From positions 34,058 to 98,057 of the forward strand of contig CAVYKX010000029.1 in assembly GCA_963769215.1 (NCBI GenBank): DNA of 64,000 bases, given 5' to 3'. Positions 30,167 to 40,714 of the stretch are shown here, in pieces (position 1 is the first letter of the stretch; each line of letters begins with the position of its first letter). Origin of the DNA: Candidatus Sulfomarinibacteraceae bacterium (GTDB lineage Bacteria > Acidobacteriota > Thermoanaerobaculia > Thermoanaerobaculales > Sulfomarinibacteraceae). The notes under the pieces are model-generated. The model searched no databases and was not told the origin of the DNA. It saw nothing but the letters and a program-made list of their open reading frames with translations. The translations under genes and the position numbers were made by a program.

Positions 30167-31800
30167 GCCTCCCCAACCGCACCGCGGCCAACGCCGGCAC
30201 CTTCGAGTCTATCAGAGGGTCGTGCCTCGGCAGCCTCTCGGGCCGAGCCCGACCTCGGCAACCAGACAAAGAACGATGAGCCCATCCCCTCTTCACTTTC
30301 TGCCCAGACAGCCCCTCGATGAGCCTCGACGATACTGCGTACCAACGACAACCCGAGGCCCATTCCTCCATATCGTCGACGCGAACTGGGATCCACCTGA
30401 TGGAATCGATCGAAAATCCGAATCAGCTCCGACTGTGGAATCCCAACGCCCGTGTCTTGCACCCGAATCAGCACCCCTTCACGCCCATCGTATTCGCAGG
30501 CCTCAACAGCAACCATGACGGTACCCCCGTCGGGTGTGAACTTGACCGCGTTGTCGAGGACGTTGAGGAGCACGCGCTCCACCTGTTCGGGGTTGATCTC
30601 GAGGGGCGGAAGATCCGCCTCCGCTTGAAGAACGAACTGGGCGCCGCTCTCTTCGAAGCGCGGGCGAAAGGTGTCGATGACACCCTCGAGCAGGGACTCC
30701 AAAGCCACCTCTTCTCGGGCGGTATCGAGGGCGGAGAACCGGTCAAGACGCGAAAGCTGGACGAGCTCTTCAACTCGAAGCGAGAGGCGCTGGACGTTCT
30801 TCCGGCAGATGTCGACCGCCCGCTGTCCCTCGTCGGATATCTCGCCGAGGTCGCCGTCAGACATTAATTCAAGATAGCCGCGCAGAGCGGTGAGAGGCGT
30901 CTTCAGCTCATGGGAAACGTTGGCTACGAGATCGGCTTTGGTCTGATCCAAGGTCTCCAGCTCTCGGTTGGCTTCTCGCAACCTGCGGATGGTGGCCAGC
31001 AATTCGTCAGCCATCACATTGAACGCTTCGGCGAGCTCCTCGATCTCGTCGCGGGAATTCACCGAAACCCGCTCCTCCAGATGACCTTCCTGAATTCGCA
31101 GCACACCTGCGCGAAGCTTCTCCACGCCTCGGGTAATGCCTCCGGCGAGCGTCACCGAGACCCAGTGTGTCAACCCGAGCCCGACGGCCAGGATCAGCGC
31201 TGACAGCCACAGCGAGCTTCTGAGCTGACGGTCGACGCTCTCATAGCTGAATGTGCCGACCAGGGAGTACATGTGTCCTCCCCACTGCTTGACCACCGGG
31301 GCGACCACCCGGTAGGCGCGATCACCGTTGAGCTCGGAGACTCTCTCGGCAGTCGCTTCGAGCCCGGAAATCGCGCGCAGGAGATCGCGGTCGGTGATCG
31401 CCGGTGGATCGACACCATCCCCGAAGACGAATACCTGGCCGCCCTCCGCTCGGAGCACAACGTCTCCGCGAACATCGACTATCTCGAGACGCACGACATC
31501 AGGATTGAGTTCCCGCAACCGGGCGACCTGTTGATCGAGGATTCCCTGACCGGAGGAACCGAGAAAAACCACCAGGGTCGCCAGGGGTTCGCTGACCAGC
31601 GAGGCGTAGGTGCGGGCCGAGCGCTCCATGCCCCTTTGCAGGGAACGGTGGCGAAATACCACCAGAACCAGAGCGCTCAAAACCAGGCTGACCACAACCG
31701 CAAAGGCGATATGACGAGCGATCCTGGTCTGTAGCCGGCCGTTCCTCCGACTCATGAAAACGCCGCCCTCCAGCACATCCTCAGTGCCACCACCGATCAT
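30163..31800 (-). CDS. sensor histidine kinase (TM, HAMP, HisKA, HATPase_c)
   Basis: H-box ANVSHELKTPLTAL, N-box LLNVLDNAVKFTP, G-boxes DTGVGI and GGMGLGLS. There is a 4 nt overlap with the downstream receiver gene. The start may be the internal Met at 31755. Confidence 0.85.
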   Translation of the reverse strand: MIGGGTEDVLEGGVFMSRRNGRLQTRIARHIAFAVVVSLVLSALVLVVFRHRSLQRGMERSARTYASLVSEPLATLVVFLGSSGQGILDQQVARLRELNPDVVRLEIVDVRGDVVLRAEGGQVFVFGDGVDPPAITDRDLLRAISGLEATAERVSELNGDRAYRVVAPVVKQWGGHMYSLVGTFSYESVDRQLRSSLWLSALILAVGLGLTHWVSVTLAGGITRGVEKLRAGVLRIQEGHLEERVSVNSRDEIEELAEAFNVMADELLATIRRLREANRELETLDQTKADLVANVSHELKTPLTALRGYLELMSDGDLGEISDEGQRAVDICRKNVQRLSLRVEELVQLSRLDRFSALDTAREEVALESLLEGVIDTFRPRFEESGAQFVLQAEADLPPLEINPEQVERVLLNVLDNAVKFTPDGGTVMVAVEACEYDGREGVLIRVQDTGVGIPQSELIRIFDRFHQVDPSSRRRYGGMGLGLSLVRSIVEAHRGAVWAESEEGMGSSFFVWLPRSGSAREAAEARPSDRLEGAGVGRGAVGEA

Positions 31801-31838
31801 ACCGTGAACCGGTCGAGCATGCCCTCTGAGGCACGATC

Positions 31839-32735
31839 TTACTCCAGGTTCTGGACCTGTTCACGGACCCGCTCAGCCGCGGATTTTGCGTCCACCAGAC
31901 GGTCCGCAACTCCGATTTCCCGACACTTCGATCCGAGGGTGTTGAGTTCACGGTGGATTTCCTGGCACATGAAATCCAGAGCGCGTCCGACGGTTCCACC
32001 CGCAGCGAGACGTTCTGCAAAGGTCACGAGATGAGCCCGGAGACGAACAACTTCCTCGGCGACGTCGGCCCGGTCCGCCACCATCGCAGCCTCCTGCACC
32101 ACCCGCTCCGGATCGATCGCCGCCGAGCCATCGACAACGGCATTGACTCGTTCACGAATCCTGTCCAATATGAGGCGCCGGAATTCGGGCATCCTGGGTT
32201 CGAACCAGTCAACGAAAGCACCAACTTCCGCCAATTCCGTGTCGATCTGCTTTGCCAGGTGCTCGCCCTCGCCACGACGCATCTCGACAGCCGCATTCAC
32301 CGCCTCGTCAGCGATCGAGCGAAGAGCCGCCCTTTCGTCGTCGTCGAGGATGGTTTCGGGTGACGCAACCGAGATCAAGCCAGGCACCGCCAGCACATCA
32401 CCGAGTCCAACCTGGTTGGCAACACCGTCCGGCAGGTCGATCCGGGAAAGCTGGTCCAGAACATCGCCGACCGCTTCGACGTTGACCACTGCTTCGACGC
32501 CGCCGACACGCGTGCGTTCGAGGTTAAGCTGAACGGTCACCCTGCCCCTTTGGAACCGCTTGCCGACCGCAGATCGCGCGAGCGCCTCGATCTCGGGCGC
32601 TTCCTCGCGAAGGTTGGTTCGAACCTGAATATCCAGATACCGATGATTGACCGATCGGACAACGATAGATACCGCGAATCGCTCCGAGAGCTGTCCTCGA
32701 GCGCGTCCGAAGCCGGTCATGCTGGTCAAGGTCAT
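31839..32735 (-). CDS. yicC: YicC-family stress-induced protein
   Basis: MTLTSMTGFGRA.., SVNHRYLDI.., and C-terminal DUF1732-like EIHRELNTLGSK... Confidence 0.85.
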   Translation of the reverse strand: MTLTSMTGFGRARGQLSERFAVSIVVRSVNHRYLDIQVRTNLREEAPEIEALARSAVGKRFQRGRVTVQLNLERTRVGGVEAVVNVEAVGDVLDQLSRIDLPDGVANQVGLGDVLAVPGLISVASPETILDDDERAALRSIADEAVNAAVEMRRGEGEHLAKQIDTELAEVGAFVDWFEPRMPEFRRLILDRIRERVNAVVDGSAAIDPERVVQEAAMVADRADVAEEVVRLRAHLVTFAERLAAGGTVGRALDFMCQEIHRELNTLGSKCREIGVADRLVDAKSAAERVREQVQNLE

Positions 32736-32822
32736 GGGAATTCCCCTCTCTTGAAGTCGAGAGCTTCAGGTTAGCATTTCAGTTCCGTCAGTCTCTCGCC
32801 GCTGCCTCACGCAAGGAGCGAA

Positions 32823-33436
32823 TCAGCCGTCAAATACCGGTTTCCGCTTTTCGAGAAAAGCGCGAGCGCCCTCCGCGGGTTCTCCCGCAGCAAACAGAAG
32901 TCTGAAGGACGCCAATTCGAGACCCAGGCCGGGAGGACCGGAGACGGATGCTCTCATCAAGTCACGGGCAGCGGTCAGCGACGCGATCGACGGTTTGGAC
33001 GGCAAGGGCAACGGAGCACCGTCCGCCACGATCCCCTGGACAATCCCGAGATCCACAGCATCGATACCGGAGACCGGGGAGCGATCCAGCAGTCCGCGGC
33101 TGAGAGCCGCCCGTCCGGCCCGCCCAAGGGCCCAGATCACCCCAGGCGGTGGCGGCGACGACGACAGCGACAGTGAAAAATTGCACCTTCGCGCAGATAG
33201 ACGAGATCTGCACACAGAGCCACATCCAGTGCCGGCGGCGCGAGATCGGATCTGATATCCGCCACCGTTACCGCTCGGGTTCTGGTCCACGGTTCGAGAT
33301 CCGACCACGGTAGGCCAGGACCTCCCCCCCCTCCGTCGAACTCAACGACCAGGTATCCGAGTTCGCGGGCCATGTCGCACAAGCCGGAGATCTGTCCGGC
33401 CGGGTCTTTTTCGTGATTCCATTGCACCGTCTGCAT
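32823..33436 (-). pseudogene. short crotonase-like (enoyl-CoA hydratase family) protein, one frame disruption
   Basis: N-part (..LDVALCADLVYLREGA) and C-part (..GVIWALGRAGRAALSRGLL..GIVQGIV..EGARAFLEKRKPVFDG) are in different frames. The switch is near A5 run ~33180. The N-terminus is atypical. Confidence 0.45.
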
Positions 33437-33491
33437 GTCCACAGTGTACCGATTCAATCGCGCTGTTCTGCGGATGCGTTCCCGCGAAGTT

Positions 33492-33600
33492 GCCACCCTT
33501 GACGATCTGACCGACCCGAGCCCTCACGACTTAGTTGCGTTGACTCCCAAAATCGTCAAAGATGGCACGCCCGACCAACGCGCTCTCCTGCGGGCGCCTT
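33492..33600 (-). repeat. inverted-repeat module, subfamily V2
   Basis: cccTTGACGATctg ... cccaaaATCGTCAAagatggcacgcccgaccaacgcgctctcctgcgg. Aligns with the reverse complement of 62783-62896. Confidence 0.8.
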
Positions 33601-33621
33601 GCTGAAATCCTTCGGGTTCAT

Positions 33622-33728
33622 GGGCGTGTGGGTGGAATCCCCTTTCTCCTTTTCTCCTTTTCTTCTTTTCAAGTACGGGCGGGTGGGCGGAAATCCAAAA
33701 TCTAAATTCCAAAATCTGAAATTTTCTC
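33622..33728. repeat. double box + microsatellite module
   Basis: GGGCGTGTGGGTGG - ctttctcc/ttttctcc units - GGGCGGGTGGGCGG - aaatccaaaatctaaattccaaaatctgaaatttt. Same layout as 9087-9172. Confidence 0.85.
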
Positions 33729-33786
33729 GGCCTACCTCACGGGACGCTGGATGGGCCAAATGTTGTCAATCGATTAGTATGGGTTC

Positions 33787-34344
33787 ATGGAATCCAAGGT
33801 CCTCGCGCAGCGAATCGAGGGACGCTGCACCCTCCAGGCCGTACTCGGCGACATGACGTGCGAACGCGTTGATGCGATCGTCAACGCCGCGAACTCGAAC
33901 CTCGCCCACCTCGGCGGTCTCGCCGGAGCGATCGTCGATCGTGGCGGTCTCATCATCCAAGAGGAGTCCAGCCAACTCGCACCGGTGGCTGTGGGCAAGG
34001 CGGTGGTCACCTCGGCGGGAGATCTCCCGTGCCGCTGGGTGATCCACGCCGTCGGGCCGATTTGGGGCAGCGGCGACGAAGAGGCGGCGTTGCGTTCCGC
34101 CGTGCGCTCAAGCCTCGACCACGCGAACGCTCTGGGTGCCACGTCCGTTGCTCTGCCCGCCATCTCCACGGGCATCTTCGGCTATCCGAAACAGGAAGGC
34201 GTTCATTGCATCATTGACGAGGCGACTCATTGGTTGCGCACACACCCGGCGACATCGGTCACAACCCTGCGATTCACAGCTTTCGACAACTCGACTGCGG
34301 ATCTCTTCGCAGCAGAGGTCCGTGTCGACCAATCGCAGACCTAG
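33787..34344 (+). CDS. macro-domain protein (ADP-ribose / O-acetyl-ADP-ribose hydrolase family)
   Basis: GDMTCERVDAIVNAANSNLAHLGGLAGAI, VIHAVGP, ALPAISTGIFGYP. Confidence 0.85.
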   Translation: MESKVLAQRIEGRCTLQAVLGDMTCERVDAIVNAANSNLAHLGGLAGAIVDRGGLIIQEESSQLAPVAVGKAVVTSAGDLPCRWVIHAVGPIWGSGDEEAALRSAVRSSLDHANALGATSVALPAISTGIFGYPKQEGVHCIIDEATHWLRTHPATSVTTLRFTAFDNSTADLFAAEVRVDQSQT

Positions 34345-34752
34345 AAATCGATGTTCATCCGGAAAACCGTGAGGTCACAGATCTCCCGTTGCCGCCTCCG
34401 TGCCCGAAAACCTGAATCCAGGCCATCCGCTCCTGTCCGTCTGGACGCTGTCGCTGAAGACTGCGGCTGACGCCGCCTTCTGCCGCTGTTGCTGGTCACC
34501 ATGGCCGTCACTGACAAATCGGACTCACCTCATGGGATTCTGAACGAACCGTAATAGGAATTTGAGACGAAACCATTTGTTCCTGGGTGGAGCCGGCTCT
34601 AGCAACCTTCGTGCCCACATCGAGATTTCGGTCCCGAAATTTCCTTCAATTTCGTCACAAAGCTTTTTTTTTCAATACTTTATAAGGTCATTCGCCGAAT
34701 GTGCTACAATTCGCGGCCGAATTGACCGATTAGGGAGGATTGACCTCACTTT

Positions 34753-36243
34753 ATGGCAGATCTTCACCAGTTTCGCACCGCCCCCGAAGAACCACTTGAC
34801 TGTATCTACATTCTTCAGTGCAGTGACAGCGATCCGATCGGCGGCCTCGAGTTCTCGGCCAAAGAGCGGAAGGCACTGCGCGCGAAGGCCAAAGCCCTCG
34901 GTCCACGAGGAGAAGAGGGTGAGTTGATCTCAGGCGAATGTCCGCTTGATTTCGCCCACCGGGTCACGTTCGTGGGCCTCGGAGAAGAGAAGAAGCTCAC
35001 CCACGCCGCGCTCCGCGAGGCGCTGAAAGGCGTCATGCGCCAGGCCACAAAAAACCGCGAGTACCAGATCGGTCTCTGCGTGCCGGTGCGCGTGGCCGGG
35101 ATGACGGCCGCTGAATCGCGTGTCTTTGCCCTGCGAGAGGCTTCGATTGCGGACTATACCTACGATGTCTTCAAGTCGAAGAAGAACGAGTTCGAGAAAA
35201 TCGACGGTCTCCACATATTCCCTCTCTCCAAGGAATCCGAGGAGGATCTCGAGGGTCGGCTCGTGAAAGTCCGTCTTTTGCGGACCTCCCAACAACTCGC
35301 GCGCGACCTCGGCAATCGACCGGCCAACGACCTGACTCCGGATGCCTTTGCCACTGCGGCAAAAGAGATGGCCGAAGAGGTCAGCGGCTTGCGAGTCACC
35401 ATCCTTGGCATGAAGGAAATCCAGAAAGAGAAGATGGGTGGCCTTCTTGGCGTCAGCCAGGGTTCGGCCGAAGAACCCCGTGTGATCGTCATCGAGCACC
35501 GGCCCAAGAAACCGAAGAAGTCGGTGGTCCTTGTCGGCAAGGGCGTGACCTTCGATTCCGGTGGCATCTCGCTCAAGCCGTCAAAGGGCATGGGTTGGAT
35601 GAAATACGACATGTGCGGCGCGGCCACAGTCATGGGCGTGATGCGAGCTGTTGCCGATCTCGATCTGCCGATCAAGGTCGTGGGAATCATCCCGGCAACC
35701 GAAAACCTCCCGTCCGGCACTGCGACAAAACCGGGAGACGTCCTGACCATGGCCAACGGAAAGACGGTCGAAGTCGACAACACCGACGCCGAGGGGCGTC
35801 TGATCCTCGCGGACGCGCTCCATTTCTCGGCTCGATTCAACCCGGATATCGTGATCGACTATGCCACGTTGACCGGCGCCTGCGTCGTTGCCCTCGGCCA
35901 CGAGGCCGCAGGAATGATGGGCAACGACAACGATCTCCTCGAAACACTTCAGAAGCTCGGCGAAGACGTCGGCGAGCGTGTCTGGCCGATGCCGTTGTAC
36001 GAGGAGTACCTGAGCTACATCAAGAGCGAGTGGGCGGACATGAAGAACGCCGGATCGCGATGGGGTGGCGCCGTCACTGCGGGCACCTTCCTCAAACAGT
36101 TTGTTCCCGAAAAGGTCTCCTGGGCCCACCTCGATGTCGCCGGCGTGGCGTACAACGAGTCGGACCACAACGGCCTGCCGATGGGGGCTTCCGGCTTTGG
36201 AGTCGTGCTCACGGTGACCTTCCTGGAAAACCTGCTGAAATAA
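34753..36243 (+). CDS. pepA: leucyl aminopeptidase (M17)
   Basis: 496 aa. VGKGVTFDSGGISLKP, MKYDMCGAA, NTDAEGRLILADAL. Confidence 0.9.
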   Translation: MADLHQFRTAPEEPLDCIYILQCSDSDPIGGLEFSAKERKALRAKAKALGPRGEEGELISGECPLDFAHRVTFVGLGEEKKLTHAALREALKGVMRQATKNREYQIGLCVPVRVAGMTAAESRVFALREASIADYTYDVFKSKKNEFEKIDGLHIFPLSKESEEDLEGRLVKVRLLRTSQQLARDLGNRPANDLTPDAFATAAKEMAEEVSGLRVTILGMKEIQKEKMGGLLGVSQGSAEEPRVIVIEHRPKKPKKSVVLVGKGVTFDSGGISLKPSKGMGWMKYDMCGAATVMGVMRAVADLDLPIKVVGIIPATENLPSGTATKPGDVLTMANGKTVEVDNTDAEGRLILADALHFSARFNPDIVIDYATLTGACVVALGHEAAGMMGNDNDLLETLQKLGEDVGERVWPMPLYEEYLSYIKSEWADMKNAGSRWGGAVTAGTFLKQFVPEKVSWAHLDVAGVAYNESDHNGLPMGASGFGVVLTVTFLENLLK

Positions 36244-36267
36244 TGCCTCTCGCTTTTCGGATCCACA

Positions 36268-36292
36268 AACGCCGCGCTTGCCGCGGCGTTTT
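36268..36292 (+). terminator. rho-independent terminator after pepA
   Basis: AACGCCGCG-cttgc-CGCGGCGTT followed by tt(cc). Confidence 0.6.
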
Positions 36293-36313
36293 CCGTATCG
36301 GGGTCCATTGGTG

Positions 36314-37453
36314 ATGTCTGCGCCCAGCCCACCGACGACGCTCGAGATCGGTTCAATCGAGGTGTCGCCGCCGATTGTCCTGGCTCCCATGGCCGGGGTG
36401 ACGAACTACCCCTTTCGGTCCATCTGTCGAGACTTCGGTGCGGGACTCTTCATCAGCGAGATGATCACAGCACGACCGCTGGTCGAGGGCCGCGAAAAAA
36501 CTCTCCGGCTTGCGGGCTTCGGTCCCGGAGAGTCGCCGCGGAGCCTCCAGCTCTACGGAGTTGATCCGGTATTCGTGGGCGAGGCCGTGTGCCGGCTCGT
36601 TGGAGAGGGCCGGATCGACCACCTTGATCTCAACTTCGGCTGTCCGGTACGCAAGGTCACCCGCAAGGGCGGCGGCGCAGCGCTCCCCGCCAAGCCGCGT
36701 CTCCTTGCGGCAATCATTCGCGCCGCGGTGCAGGCGGCCGAACACGTGCCGGTGACCGCCAAGTTCAGGCTCGGCATCGACGACGGCCATCTCAATTACC
36801 TCGAGTCGGGACGAATCGCCGAAGAGGAGGGATGTTCGGGCGTCACCCTCCACGCACGCACCGCGGCCCAGCTCTACGACGGTCACGCACGTTGGGAGGC
36901 AATCGGCGAGCTCAAACAGTCTCTGACCTCAATTCCAGTTATCGGCAACGGAGATATCTGGGTCGCCGAGGACGCTTTACGTATGGTTCGGCAGACAGGC
37001 TGTGACGGGGTCGCTGTGGGACGCGGCTGCCTCGGAAGGCCGTGGCTCTTTCGCGAACTCGCCGACGTTTTTGCAGGCCGAGAGCCGACGTCACCTCCGA
37101 ATTTCGGCGAAGTCGCCGACATCATGATCGAACACGCCCGGTTGCTGGTCGATTGGTTTGGCGAACGGCAGGCCATGCTTTCTTTTCGAAAGCACGGCGG
37201 CTGGTACACCCGCGGATTTCCGTCCAGCGCCCGTCTTCGTGATCGACTGATGCGCGTACAGAATCTGCTCGAACTCGAAGAAGCTCTTGCCGACATCAAC
37301 CGGGAGGAGCCTTTCCCGGAACACGGCCATCTGGTGCGCCGCGGCAAACGGAGCGGAACTCAGAAGGTCGTCCTGCCGAAAGGCTTTTGGGACGATCCCG
37401 ACGACGACACCCCACCCGACGCCGACGCGGAAACGCTTGTATCAGGTGGATAA
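36314..37453 (+). CDS. tRNA-dihydrouridine synthase
   Basis: LAPMAGVTNYPFR, DLNFGCPVRKV, HARTAAQLY. Start taken at ATG 36314. Confidence 0.85.
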   Translation: MSAPSPPTTLEIGSIEVSPPIVLAPMAGVTNYPFRSICRDFGAGLFISEMITARPLVEGREKTLRLAGFGPGESPRSLQLYGVDPVFVGEAVCRLVGEGRIDHLDLNFGCPVRKVTRKGGGAALPAKPRLLAAIIRAAVQAAEHVPVTAKFRLGIDDGHLNYLESGRIAEEEGCSGVTLHARTAAQLYDGHARWEAIGELKQSLTSIPVIGNGDIWVAEDALRMVRQTGCDGVAVGRGCLGRPWLFRELADVFAGREPTSPPNFGEVADIMIEHARLLVDWFGERQAMLSFRKHGGWYTRGFPSSARLRDRLMRVQNLLELEEALADINREEPFPEHGHLVRRGKRSGTQKVVLPKGFWDDPDDDTPPDADAETLVSGG

Positions 37454-37461
37454 GGAAGGCT

Positions 37462-37575
37462 GAATTCTCAGTTCTCAATTCTTCATTCTCAAATCCCTGC
37501 CACCCTCCCATGAGATGGAGGATTGCCGGCAATTCAAAATTGAGAATTCAGAACAGGGATGGACTGGGAGGCTGG
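37462..37575. repeat. box + microsatellite tract
   Basis: gaattctcagttctcaattcttcattctcaaat - CCCTGCCACCCTCCC - .. aattcaaaattgagaattcagaac - agggatggactgggaggctgg. Confidence 0.8.
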
Positions 37576-37738
37576 ACGTTTCGGTTTCACAGCTCCCGAG
37601 ATCTTTGCCCTCAGAGGCACACGTACAGCTTGGACCGCCACATGATCCGCGGAGGCTGCGCCCGGTGAAAAGGACGCCCATGGCCATCAACAGGATGGCG
37701 ATCAGGAAAAGAGCGAAGGTCAATACGAGAGTCTGCAT
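37475..37738 (-). CDS. nqrM: (Na+)-NQR maturation protein NqrM; 3' end runs into repeat sequence
   Basis: Single TM helix followed by GSCGGPSCTC, compared with the NqrM/DUF539 motif GSCGG..C.C. It sits directly after apbE at the end of the nqr locus. Confidence 0.7.
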   Translation of the reverse strand: MQTLVLTFALFLIAILLMAMGVLFTGRSLRGSCGGPSCTCASEGKDLGSCETETSSLPVHPCSEFSILNCRQSSISWEGGRDLRMKN

Positions 37739-37746
37739 GATCTACC

Positions 37747-38832
37747 TTAGTGAACCCCGGAATCGCCGCCAGTATTCTCGACCAACGCCGTCCAAACGCG
37801 GGTTGGTCTTTCCTCAAATCCGCCTTCTGCGGTGCGGAGGAGGAAAAGGGCTGGAATCTCGAGCCGTTCGGCCAGGGCCACGCCCTCCTCGGGACCGAGC
37901 ACCTCGAATGCCGTCGCGAGCGCGTCCGCAGTCATGCAGCTCGCATGAATCACCGAAACCGAAGCCAGATTGTGGGAGATTGGATATCCGGTGCGTGGAT
38001 CGATGGTGTGAGAAATCCGCCGGCCATCACGGATGACAAAATTCCGGTAATCGCCGGAAGTGGCGAGCGCCAGATTGGCGAGCGGGATCGCCAACTGAAC
38101 TGTCCGGCCGCCAACTTCCGGCCGCTCGATACCGATCCGCCACACCTCTGCCGGCGCCGTTCCGGCCGTGACACCGCACTTCGCCGCCCACTTCGACCAT
38201 GAAGTCGGCAAACCCTCTGCTTCGAGAAGTCCGCAACTTCGTCAACGGCGAAACCCTTGGCGATCGCAGAAAGATCGATCCGACAGTCCGACCTCGCCTT
38301 GCGGAGAACTCGGTCCTCGACATCGACCGAGAGCTGCTCGTAGCCTGTGAGGGCCACGAGTTCTTCGAGCGCCTGATCATCGGGCGCCTCGGTGGGACCC
38401 AGAAGGCCCGAAGCCCCACATATCCACCAACGGTCCAACCGTGATGTCAAAGGCTCCCGAGGTGAGACGAGCCACTCTCTGTGCTTCGGCGACGACCTCG
38501 ACGAAATCTGCCGAGGCCTCGAAGGTCTCCGTACCGGACCGGTTGAACCTCTCGATCTCGGAGTCGGTCTTGTAGGTGGACATCGCGAAATCCACGCCGT
38601 CCAAGACCCCCTGCACCTGCTGCCCGAGCGGTCCTTTCGCCGCCTCATCGAAGCCCTCCGGCACCACCTTGACCGTGTACGTGGTGCCCATGGTCGCCCC
38701 CTTCAACACCCAAACGTCGGCCTCCACCGGCGTCGGCGGTTGGCGAAAGAACACGACCGCGAAAAGGCCGGCTACGAACAGGCCCGGCACAATCAGCCTT
38801 CTGAGCGACGGAGTAGATTTTGAAGGGGGCAT
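37747..38832 (-). pseudogene. apbE: FAD:protein FMN transferase ApbE, at least 2 frame disruptions
   Basis: [70 protein letters not shown], spread over three ORF fragments in different frames. Confidence 0.8.
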
Positions 38833-38856
38833 TCCGGCCCTCCTGGTTTCCAGGCT

Positions 38857-40086
38857 TTATCCGCCGAAATCGTCGAGCATGATGTTCTCGGGCTCGACGC
38901 CGAGGTCGAGGAGCATGTTGATGACCGCCTGGTTCATCATCGGCGGCCCGCACATGTAGTACTCGACGTCTTCGGGCGCCGGGTGGTCCTTGAGGTACTT
39001 GTCGAGCACCACCTGGTGGATGAAGCCGGTGTGGCCGTCCCAGTTGTCTTCGGGCAGCGGCTCCGAGAGCGCCAGGTGCCACTCGAAGTTGTCGTTCTCG
39101 GCCTGCGATGCGTCGAAGTCCTCCTCGTAGAACGCCTCGCGCAGGCTGCGGGCGCCGTACCAGAAGGAGACCTTGCGGTCGGTGTGGAGGCGCTTGAACT
39201 GGTCGAAGATGTGCGAGCGCATGGGCGCCATGCCGGCGCCGCCGCCGATGAAGACCATCTCGTTGTCGGTCTCCCGGGCAAAGAACTCGCCGAAGGGCCC
39301 GGAGATGGTGACCTCGTCGCCGGGCTTGAGGTTGAAGATGTAGGACGACATGATGCCCGGCGGCACATCCGGCATGTTCGGCGGCGGCGAGGCGATGCGG
39401 ACGTTGAGCATGATGATGCCCTTCTCCTCCGGGTAGTTGGCCATCGAGTAGGCGCGGCTGACCGGCTCGTCGACCTTCGAGACGAAGCGCCACAGGTCGA
39501 ACTTGTCCCAGTCCTCGCGGTACTCGTCCTCGATGTCGAAGTCCGTGTAGTCGCACGTCGTGCGGCGGGCACTCGATCTGGATGTAGCCGCCGGCGCGGA
39601 ACGGCACCTCTTCGCCCTCGGGCAGCTCGAGCACCAGCTCCTTGATGAAGGTGGCCACGTTGTGGTTCGAGCGCACCTGTGCAATGTCCACTTGCGGACG
39701 CTGAAGATCTCCGGCTCGATCTCGATCTTCATGTCCTGCTTGACCTTGACCTGGCAGGACAGCCGAGCACCCTCGCGGGCCTCGCCGCGGCTGATGTGCG
39801 ACGTCTCGGTCGGCAGCAGTGCGCCGCCGCCCTCGTGCACGTCGACCTTGCAGACCCCGCAGGTGCCCTTGCCGCCGCAGGCCGAGGGGATGAAGATCTT
39901 GCTGCGCCGAAAGCGTATTGAGCAGGGTGTCGCCGGCGGCCGTGACGATCGCCTTGTCGGGGTCGTCGTTGATGGTGATCGTCACGTCGCCCGACGGCAC
40001 CAGCTTCGCCTTGGCGACATGAGCACCACCACCAGGGCCACGATCACGACGACGAAGACGACAACTCCGAGGATGATAGTCAACAT
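38857..40086 (-). pseudogene. nqrF: Na+-translocating NADH:quinone oxidoreductase subunit F, at least 4 frame disruptions, all in the 5' ~560 nt
   Basis: TM anchor; 2Fe-2S region ([14 protein letters not shown] implied across frames); FAD/NAD domain intact from about 39540 ([38 protein letters not shown]). Confidence 0.85.
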
Positions 40087-40098
40087 CGATTCACCTAC

Positions 40099-40713
40099 CT
40101 ACAGCTGGATCCCGGCGAAGGCCATGAATCCGATGGCCATCAGCCCGGTGACGATGAAGGTGATGCCGAGACCGCGCAGGGCGGGCGGAACGTTGCAGTA
40201 GCGCATCTTCTCGCGGATCGCGGCCAGCGCGACGATGGCCAGCCGCAAGCCGATGCCCGAGCCGAAACCGAAGACCGCGCTCTCGCCCAGCGTGTAGTCG
40301 CGCTCCACCATGAAGAGCGACGCGCCGAGGATGGCGCAGTTGACCGCGATCAGCGGCAGGAAGACGCCGAGCGCCGCGTAGAGCTTCGGCGCGTATCGAT
40401 CGAGGGTCATCTCGACGATCTGCACCGACGCGGCGATGGTGCCGATGAACGCGAGGAACGCAGGAAGCAGAGATCGACGCCGGCAAGGCCCGGGCTGAGC
40501 CAGGTCAGCGCCCCTCCTTGAGGAGGTAGTTGTAGATGAGGTTGTTGAGCGGCGTGGTCACCGTCAGCACGAAGGTCACGGCAGCTCCGAGACCGAGCGC
40601 GGTGTCGACCTTCTTGGAACGGCCAGGAAGGAGCACATGCCCAGGAAGAAGGCCAGGGCCATGTTCTCGACGAAGATCGCTTTGACGGCGAGGCTGAGGT
40701 AGTGTTCGAGCAT
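40099..40713 (-). pseudogene. nqrE: Na+-NQR subunit E, at least 2 frame disruptions
   Basis: [32 protein letters not shown].. then ..[34 protein letters not shown].. in other frames. Confidence 0.8.
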
Positions 40714-40714
40714 C

